Shown here: piece after piece, positions 26,409 through 32,000 of the stretch
Numbering within the stretch: position 1 is the stretch's first letter
Layout of the letters: every line of letters starts with the position of its first letter
Assembly (NCBI RefSeq): GCF_000007985.2
Contig: NC_002939.5
Span: 2,160,001 to 2,192,000 of the forward strand
Origin: Geobacter sulfurreducens PCA
GTDB taxonomy: Bacteria; Desulfobacterota; Desulfuromonadia; Geobacterales; Geobacteraceae
Direction: 5' to 3'
DNA length: 32,000 nt
Translations under genes and position numbers: made by a program
The notes under the pieces: model-generated
Databases searched by the model: none
What the model was told of the DNA's origin: nothing
Seen by the model: only the letters and a program-made list of their open reading frames with translations

Positions 26409-27020
26409 ATGAAAAAGACCCTATCCGCACTCTTGTTGCTGGCCATCCTCGTGGCACTGCCCATGCTCGGCAACGCAACACCGTACTCCCCGACCTCATC
26501 CCTGATTCAGAATTTTGGCTACATATCCGAAAACCCGGTAACCGCTGGGACAAAGCTGTTCGACGTACAGGCACTGGAAAACGGGGCGAAGTTCATCGGC
26601 AACATTTACCCGACAACCAGCGGCAGCTGGGCAGAGATCCGGCTGGGGACAACCGGCGCGTTTGACCTTTCCTCCTATGACTCCTTCATGCTCCAGATCG
26701 GCAACTTCAACGAAAACCCCTGGGCATACAGCCTCTACATAACCGGTCAGACAAACGGCGTCGACTACCTTGTACAAAGTGCATGGTCGACAATAAACAA
26801 TGGCAGCACAGGCACCCTCAAGCTTGACTTCACAGGACTCAACGTTGACCTCAGCAACGTGAAGGGACTCGGTTTCAACATTGGTGCCATAGTCCCCCTT
26901 CCCGGCCAGGACTACACCTTTGAAACTGTCGCCGCTCCTGTCCCCGAGCCGGGAACCATCATGCTGCTCGGCGCAGGGCTGGTTGGTGTCGGTCTGTATA
27001 TCAGACGCAAAAGAGCATAA
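26409..27020 (+). CDS. PEP-CTERM sorting-domain protein (exosortase substrate)
   Basis: Signal peptide MKKTLSALLLLAILVALPMLGNA. C-terminal VPEP-GTIMLLGAGLVGVGLYI-RRKRA (26940-27017) is the PEP motif, a TM helix and a basic tail. AAGGAGA RBS 6 nt upstream. Confidence 0.92.
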   Translation: MKKTLSALLLLAILVALPMLGNATPYSPTSSLIQNFGYISENPVTAGTKLFDVQALENGAKFIGNIYPTTSGSWAEIRLGTTGAFDLSSYDSFMLQIGNFNENPWAYSLYITGQTNGVDYLVQSAWSTINNGSTGTLKLDFTGLNVDLSNVKGLGFNIGAIVPLPGQDYTFETVAAPVPEPGTIMLLGAGLVGVGLYIRRKRA

Positions 27021-27046
27021 ACCTTTCGTTTCGCCGGATGCACAAT

Positions 27047-27073
27047 GGGGGAGCCCGTGAGCTCCCCCTTTTT
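27047..27073 (+). terminator. Intrinsic terminator after the PEP-CTERM gene
   Basis: GGGGGAGC-ccgtga-GCTCCCCC followed by TTTTTATTT. Confidence 0.78.
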
Positions 27074-27099
27074 ATTTCTGCATTCCGACCTGCCCGACA

Positions 27100-27747
27100 T
27101 CACCTCCGCCACTCGAACGGCACTCCCACCCGCGAGGCTTCAAGTTCCAGATCTTCGAGTTGCTTCTTGATTTCTCCGACCCGCGCCTCTTCCTGGCGTA
27201 CCTCCTGAAGCTTAGCGTAGTAAGCTTCACGATGGCGCCCCGGCGTGCTGAGCGCACTCTTGTTGACATAGGGGTTGTCCTCGACAGTGGCGGAACCCTC
27301 GGCTTGTTTCTCGGCAAAATCTTTTAGCTCTCCCTGGCTGGGAACTCTGCCCATGCTGATAACCCAACGACGGTGGAGTTGATTCAACTCTTCCCTCTTC
27401 TTTGGAAGACTTTCCTCTATTACTTTGAGTTCTTCCCGCAGGGAACTGAAGCGCGAACGCCAGCCCCGTTCGTCCAGGCCACCATAGAGAAGGGGCGGCT
27501 GAGACTTGAGGGCGGGTTTTACCTCTGCCGGAGCGCCAGGCGATTCCATGGAAGGAGACGAAGGCGTCTCTCCCTTGACGGAAGGGAGTTCCTTCACCCG
27601 CTTGAGATACTTGGATGGTATCCGTTCAAGATTGTCGGTAAAATGAACAATGCCCGCATCGTCGGTCCACTGGTACGTTTCCGCCAAAGCGGCGCCAGGC
27701 AGCGACAATACGGCAATTACGGCAAATCCGGTGCATGTGCGGATCAC
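27100..27747 (-). CDS. DUF4124-domain secreted protein with coiled-coil C-terminus
   Basis: YQWTDDAGIVHFTDNLERIPSKY is the DUF4124 signature. GTG at 27747 (AGAGGAGA RBS 6 nt upstream) yields a clean signal peptide IRTCTGFAVIAVLSLPGAALA. The track start at 27828 would run into the divergent cytochrome promoter. Confidence 0.75.
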   Translation of the reverse strand: MIRTCTGFAVIAVLSLPGAALAETYQWTDDAGIVHFTDNLERIPSKYLKRVKELPSVKGETPSSPSMESPGAPAEVKPALKSQPPLLYGGLDERGWRSRFSSLREELKVIEESLPKKREELNQLHRRWVISMGRVPSQGELKDFAEKQAEGSATVEDNPYVNKSALSTPGRHREAYYAKLQEVRQEEARVGEIKKQLEDLELEASRVGVPFEWRR

Positions 27748-27834
27748 GGCATCTCCTCTATGAATTGACAAACAGTACTGCCGCTTGTGCGGTAAACAAG
27801 CCACGAAAAGGGGCTCTTCATGCGACATTTCGCA

Positions 27835-27863
27835 TTGACGACCTCTCCCCTGCCATGTATAGT
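27835..27863 (+). promoter_or_regulatory. Candidate sigma-70 promoter of the cytochrome gene
   Basis: TTGACG (27835-27840), a 17-nt spacer, then TATAGT (27858-27863), 53 nt upstream of ATG 27916. Confidence 0.55.
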
Positions 27864-27865
27864 AC

Positions 27866-27884
27866 GGCGTTTAAAGGGCGTTTA
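27866..27884 (+). promoter_or_regulatory. Perfect 8-bp direct repeat (GGCGTTTA-aag-GGCGTTTA) overlapping the predicted transcription start; candidate operator
   Basis: Read directly from the sequence. 11-bp periodicity, starting 3 nt after the -10 hexamer. Confidence 0.4.
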
Positions 27885-27915
27885 TTTAACAAATTCACTA
27901 TATTAGGAGCTTATC

Positions 27916-28947
27916 ATGAAAATGCGTCTCAACGGGGTCGTGACGGGTATCGTGTCGCTGGTTCTGCTTGTGGCGGTTGTGGCAATGGCCAAGGAGACGA
28001 AAAATGTTCCTTTCAAGCTCAAAAACGCCGCACCGGTCATCTTCAGCCACGATATTCACCTGAAAAAGTATAACAACAACTGTCGAATTTGTCACATCGC
28101 TCTCTTTGACCTGCGGAAGCCGAAACGTTACACGATGCTCGACATGGAAAAGGGCAAGTCCTGCGGCGCCTGCCACACGGGCATGAAAGCTTTCAGTGTT
28201 GCGGACGACTCCCAGTGCGTGCGCTGTCACAGTGGCTCAGCACGCCCCGTGGCCTACCGGATGAAGGGTGCCGGAGAAGCGGTGTTCAGCCACGAAGTCC
28301 ACGTCCCCATGCTGGAGGGCAAGTGCCGAACCTGCCACTCGAACCGTGAGATCACCGGCGGCCGTAACGTGACCATGGCCCAGATGGAAAAGGGCAAATC
28401 GTGCGGGGCCTGTCACAATGACAAGATGGCGTTCACCGTTGCCGGCAACTGCGGCAAGTGCCACAAGGGCATGACCCCGCCGAAAACGGTGAACTTCAAA
28501 ATGAAGGGCGTGGCGGATGCGGCCTTCAGCCACGAATTCCACCTGGGCATGTACAAGTGCAATGAGTGCCACACCAAGCTCTTCGCCTATAAGGCCGGCG
28601 CCAAGCGCTTCACCATGGCCGACATGGACAAGGGCAAGTCCTGCGGCGCCTGCCACAACGGCAAGGACGCCTTCTCTTCCGCCAGCGACTGCGGCAAATG
28701 CCATCCGGGTCTGAAGCCGGCCAAACTCACCTACAAGACCAGCGTGGGTGAAGCCTACTTCGACCATGATATTCACCTGAGCATGTTCAAGTGCGCCGAC
28801 TGCCACACCAAGGTCTTCAAGTACCGCAAGGGCTCTGCGCCGGCGACCATGGCCGACATGGAGAAGGGCAAATCGTGCGGTGTCTGCCATAACGGCAAGG
28901 ATGCCTTCAGCGTGGCCGATGACTGTGTGAAGTGCCACAACATGTAA
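27916..28947 (+). CDS. Periplasmic dodecaheme c-type cytochrome (four c7-type triheme modules, GSU1996-like)
   Basis: 343 aa. Signal peptide, then 12 CxxCH motifs (CRICH, CGACH, CVRCH, CRTCH, CGACH, CGKCH, CNECH, CGACH, CGKCH, CADCH, CGVCH, CVKCH). Recurrent FSH(D/E)xH and M(E/D)KGKSCGxCH blocks. AGGAG RBS. Confidence 0.93.
   Translation: MKMRLNGVVTGIVSLVLLVAVVAMAKETKNVPFKLKNAAPVIFSHDIHLKKYNNNCRICHIALFDLRKPKRYTMLDMEKGKSCGACHTGMKAFSVADDSQCVRCHSGSARPVAYRMKGAGEAVFSHEVHVPMLEGKCRTCHSNREITGGRNVTMAQMEKGKSCGACHNDKMAFTVAGNCGKCHKGMTPPKTVNFKMKGVADAAFSHEFHLGMYKCNECHTKLFAYKAGAKRFTMADMDKGKSCGACHNGKDAFSSASDCGKCHPGLKPAKLTYKTSVGEAYFDHDIHLSMFKCADCHTKVFKYRKGSAPATMADMEKGKSCGVCHNGKDAFSVADDCVKCHNM
28042..28944 (+). 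repeat. Four tandem intragenic modules of about 234-243 bp (triheme domain repeat)
   Basis: The first heme motif of each module starts at 28081, 28324, 28558 and 28792. The conserved ATGGA(A/C/G)AAGGGCAA(G/A)TC(C/G)TGCGG block starts at 28144, 28384, 28624 and 28858. Confidence 0.85.
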
Positions 28948-28975
28948 CGCAGCCGTTTTCCGGCTTTTGCACAAA

Positions 28976-29006
28976 GAAAGGCGGGCCGCTCCGGCGCCCG
29001 CCTTTC
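28976..29006. terminator. Hairpin between convergent genes (probable bidirectional terminator)
   Basis: Perfect 11-bp stem GAAAGGCGGGC / GCCCGCCTTTC with a 9-nt loop. It is followed by TCTATT on the + strand and by TTTGTGC on the - strand, so the U-tracts are weak. Confidence 0.6.
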
Positions 29007-29036
29007 TCTATTCCTGCTATCTGTTCCCTCTCCGGG

Positions 29037-30338
29037 TCAGGGGCGAAGAGCCCTAATCCCCTCCATCACCCCTGCTGGCGATGACGGGACCACAACAACC
29101 GGTACGCCGAGTCCCTGCTCCAGCGCGCCAATGGTCAGGTCGTCGAGAAACACACCCTCCCCCTCCTTCAGCATCACATCAGGGATCAGGACCCCATCGC
29201 CCAGATTCCTCCCCGCCAGTTCGGACAGAATATCGCGGCCGGCAACAAGACCGGTAACCGTGACCGACTCACCGAACAGCCGATTGGGAATCGCCACCGG
29301 CTGAAAAGTGATGCCGGTTCGGGCGGAGAGCCGTGCGAGAAAATCGGCCAGGTAGCGATAGGGTGAATGGCCGGTGACAACCGTGAGGGTACGAGGTTTC
29401 ATGCGGCGGGCGCGGCGCAGCACCCGATCAGCTTCATCCATGAAGAGGGGAATCATCCCGACTCCATTCTCGATCTGGGGGAAGTCGCCATAAAAGTCCA
29501 GAGGAGGAAAGGGTGCGTCGGCCTTGATAAAAAACTCGTCCGCCAGGAAAAGGAACGGTTCGCCAAAGGCATCGGCGAGCCTCTGGGCCTCAGGCAGCCA
29601 TTCGTAGATGAAGTCGCGCGCATAGTCGGCGCTGACCGGCTCCAGCAGGGGCAGGCGGTCCCGGTGCCGTGTGAGCCCCACCGGCACGATGGCCAGGGAA
29701 GCAACCCGGGGATACAAGGACGCGAGATCGGCAACGGTCCGCCGAAGGGCATCGCCGTCATTCCAGCCGGGGCAGAGGACCGCTTGGGTATGCATGGTGA
29801 TGCGGGCCTCGGCGAGCCGGGTCATGATGTCGAGAATGGGAATGATGCCTTTTCTGCCGAGAAGACGCTCACGCAGGGCCGGATCGGTGGCATGCACGGA
29901 AATATAGAGGGGGGAGAGGCGCTGCTCGATGATGCGCTGCAGGTCTTCCTCACCAATGTTCGAAAGGGTGACGTAGTTGCCGTAGAGAAAGGAAAGCCGG
30001 TAGTCCTCATCCTTTACATAGAGCGGTCGACGAAGCCCCTTCGGCAGTTGGTGAACGAAACAGAACACACACCTGTTGCCGCAACGGGCCGGCTCGGGCG
30101 CGGCAAAAACGAGGCCCAGCGCTTCGTCGTCGTCCCGTTCGACCTCCACCTCCCACACTTCGCCGGAAGGCTTTACAATCTCCAAGAGAAGCTCTTCGCC
30201 GTCCGCATGAAAATTGTAGTCGACGATGTCGCGCAGGGGGCGGTTGTTGACGGCAACAAGACGGTCCCCCGGCTCGATCTCCAGCTCCGAGGCAATGCTG
30301 CCGGGGATGACGCTCTCTATCAGGAGCCCCCCGCTCAT
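29037..30338 (-). CDS. PDZ / radical-SAM-like / DUF512 protein
   Basis: N-terminal PDZ (GSIASELEIEPGDRLVAVNN), Cys cluster CGNRCVFCF, then YVKDEDYRLSFLYGNYVTL typical of DUF512 proteins. ATG at 30338 forms an ATGA overlap with the stop of the upstream permease gene. Confidence 0.82.
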   Translation of the reverse strand: MSGGLLIESVIPGSIASELEIEPGDRLVAVNNRPLRDIVDYNFHADGEELLLEIVKPSGEVWEVEVERDDDEALGLVFAAPEPARCGNRCVFCFVHQLPKGLRRPLYVKDEDYRLSFLYGNYVTLSNIGEEDLQRIIEQRLSPLYISVHATDPALRERLLGRKGIIPILDIMTRLAEARITMHTQAVLCPGWNDGDALRRTVADLASLYPRVASLAIVPVGLTRHRDRLPLLEPVSADYARDFIYEWLPEAQRLADAFGEPFLFLADEFFIKADAPFPPLDFYGDFPQIENGVGMIPLFMDEADRVLRRARRMKPRTLTVVTGHSPYRYLADFLARLSARTGITFQPVAIPNRLFGESVTVTGLVAGRDILSELAGRNLGDGVLIPDVMLKEGEGVFLDDLTIGALEQGLGVPVVVVPSSPAGVMEGIRALRP

Positions 30339-31447
30339 GGTCGCTCGAAGAACGGAGTGGCCCGGTACCACTCAACGCCATGCCGGAGCAGCACCTTGAT
30401 GACTGCAGCCACGGGGACCGCCAGGAGCATGCCGAAGATGCCGAACCACTGGCCGCCGATGAAGAGGGCGAGGATAGCCACAACCGGATGGAGTCCCACG
30501 GTGTTGCCGACCACGGCCGGTGTGATGAGCGCCCCCTCGATGGCCTGGACAATGGCGAACCAGCCGAGGCAGAGGAGTGGATGGAGCATGTCGTGGAATT
30601 TGAGAAAAGCCATGATCATGGAAACCACGATGCCGAAGACGGTCCCCACGTAGGGAATGATGAAGAGGAACCCCGACAGGCTGCCGATGACGATGGCGAG
30701 GTCGATGCCGATCATGACGAGACCGATGCTGTAGAGCACCGCCAGAATGGCACAGACCGCCAGTTGCCCGCGCACGAATCCCGACAGGACACCGTCGATC
30801 TCGGAGCCCAGCATGGCTGCCCGGTCGCGGGCGCGGCCGGGGACGAGGGCCATGATCCCGTCCCTGAGCCGGGGCAGGTCGGCCAGGAAGTAGTAAAGAT
30901 AGACTGGTGTAATAAAGTAGCCTGCCACTGTCAGGAGAAAGCCGAGGGTTGATGAAAAGGCGCGCTGGACCACGCCGAGTGCCCCCTTGACCAGGTCAAA
31001 CGAGGCACCGCGCAGTTCGTCCACAAGGCTATCGATGCGCGCGTAGAGCTTGTCGGGGGTCTCGATCTCAAGATAGGCCTTGGCCTGGCCGGGAATGAGA
31101 TCATAGAGCCGGGTGGCGTAGGCGGGCAGGTTTATCTCGACCCGAGCCACCTCCTTCTGGATGGAGACGGCGAAAAACGTAACGGCGCCCGCCGTAACCA
31201 CAACGATGAGAGCCATCACCAGCAGCACTGCCGCAACGCGCGGAACCCGCCTGGCCTCCAGCCACGTCACCAGCGGATTCAGCACGTAGGCAAGAATCAG
31301 GGCCAGGAGCACCGGTAGAAAGGTCGAGCCGAGGGACCAGACGAGGAGAACACCCGCCAGGGCCAGGAGCCCGCACAGGATGTAGGGTAGTTTTTCTTTC
31401 AAGGAATCAACCAGGGGGAGATGAGTACGGCCGGTCCGGGAGACCAC
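30335..31447 (-). CDS. AI-2E family transporter (PerM/UPF0118 permease)
   Basis: 370 aa, about 8 TM helices. C-terminal motif pattern ...PYVGTVFG...GWFAIVQAIEGALITPAVVGNTVGLHPVVAILALFIGGQWFGIFGMLLAVP. GTG start without a clear RBS, so the start is uncertain. Confidence 0.82.
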   Translation of the reverse strand: MVSRTGRTHLPLVDSLKEKLPYILCGLLALAGVLLVWSLGSTFLPVLLALILAYVLNPLVTWLEARRVPRVAAVLLVMALIVVVTAGAVTFFAVSIQKEVARVEINLPAYATRLYDLIPGQAKAYLEIETPDKLYARIDSLVDELRGASFDLVKGALGVVQRAFSSTLGFLLTVAGYFITPVYLYYFLADLPRLRDGIMALVPGRARDRAAMLGSEIDGVLSGFVRGQLAVCAILAVLYSIGLVMIGIDLAIVIGSLSGFLFIIPYVGTVFGIVVSMIMAFLKFHDMLHPLLCLGWFAIVQAIEGALITPAVVGNTVGLHPVVAILALFIGGQWFGIFGMLLAVPVAAVIKVLLRHGVEWYRATPFFERP

Positions 31448-31483
31448 GGGAATCCGCGACGTCCCGGACCGGCGAACAGTGTG

Positions 31484-31708
31484 CTACTGGTGCAGCCTGA
31501 AGTGACCGTCCACGGAGGTAATGGAGGTAATGGCGTGCTTGTAGATGAGCATGTCACCCTGGATCTCCATGAGCACGGAAAAGTTGTCGAACGACTTGAT
31601 GTATCCTTCTAGCTTCTCGCCCGACATGAGCCGCACGGCGACCTTGATCCGCTCCTTACGCGACTGGTTGAGGTACTGGTCCTGAATGTTGAATGGTGCT
31701 TTCGCCAT
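31484..31708 (-). CDS. hfq: RNA chaperone Hfq
   Basis: 74 aa. FNIQDQYLNQSRKERIKVAVRLMSGEKLEGYIKSFDNFSVLM...IYKHAITSI contains the Sm1/Sm2 motifs. Confidence 0.95.
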   Translation of the reverse strand: MAKAPFNIQDQYLNQSRKERIKVAVRLMSGEKLEGYIKSFDNFSVLMEIQGDMLIYKHAITSITSVDGHFRLHQ

Positions 31709-31720
31709 AGTGCCGCTCCT

Positions 31721-32000
31721 TCATCCAAAAAATTTCATCGCAATGGTAGAGATACTATCAAAATTGGCCGGATATTCAACCCACTTTATTGCAGGATCCT
31801 TGCGAAACCACGTCAATTGCCTCTTTGCATAGCGGCGGGTGTTCCGTTGAACGAGTTCCCGCGCCTCGTCCAGCGAACAGGTTCCGGCCAGATACGCGCA
31901 GACTTCCTTGTAACCAATGGCCCCCATGGCCTTGAGGTCAGGCGAATAGCCCGCATTCAACAGACCGCTCACCTCCTCGACAAAGCCTTCAGCGAACATC
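31721..32000 (-). CDS. miaA: tRNA dimethylallyltransferase, C-terminal part (5' end beyond window)
   Basis: ...GYKEVCAYLAGTCSLDEARELVQRNTRRYAKRQLTWFRKDP... is the conserved MiaA C-terminus. The frame stays open to position 32000. The miaA-hfq order is classical. Confidence 0.88.
   Translation of the reverse strand, partial: MFAEGFVEEVSGLLNAGYSPDLKAMGAIGYKEVCAYLAGTCSLDEARELVQRNTRRYAKRQLTWFRKDPAIKWVEYPANFDSISTIAMKFFG

Noticed and set aside
1-32000. CRISPR arrays, transposases/integrases, tRNA/rRNA genes, defence-system genes
   Set aside because: I saw no direct-repeat/spacer arrays, no recombinase-like ORFs and no tRNA-like or rRNA-like segments. All sizeable ORFs are accounted for by EPS, regulatory, respiratory or housekeeping functions.

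Overview
About 60% GC chromosomal segment. Its content looks Geobacter/Desulfuromonadales-like, inferred only from a GSU1996-like dodecaheme cytochrome and the PEP-CTERM machinery, with no search run. Positions 1-21641 (minus strand) hold 20 tightly packed, co-directional genes, many with overlapping stop/start codons. The promoter-proximal part is a complete XrtA exosortase/PEP-CTERM exopolysaccharide locus: pseudo-receiver, PrsT TPR lipoprotein, priming sugar transferase, Wza-like exporter, chain-length determinant, tyrosine autokinase, ExeA-like ATPase, beta-barrel OMP, polysaccharide deacetylase, exosortase XrtA, EpsI, GT2 and GT4. The distal part is a legionaminic-acid-type nonulosonic acid cassette: LegB-like dehydratase, LegC-like aminotransferase, NeuD-like acetyltransferase, CMP-sugar synthetase, NeuB-like synthase and two unassigned ORFs. 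One of those ORFs (1-1085) is missing from the supplied ORF track. Upstream lie a sigma-54 response regulator (PrsR-like) with a short soluble PAS-like histidine kinase, a CPBP/CAAX-type intramembrane protease, and a Crp/Fnr-family regulator. Next comes one PEP-CTERM substrate gene preceded by a good sigma-54 promoter. The right end carries a DUF4124 protein, a 12-heme cytochrome built from four tandem triheme modules, a PDZ/radical-SAM DUF512 protein, an AI-2E-family permease, hfq and the 3' end of miaA. I saw no rRNA, tRNA, CRISPR or mobile elements. Most long ORFs on the opposite strand are antisense shadows of the real genes. All family assignments come from motifs read by eye and need HMM/BLAST confirmation.
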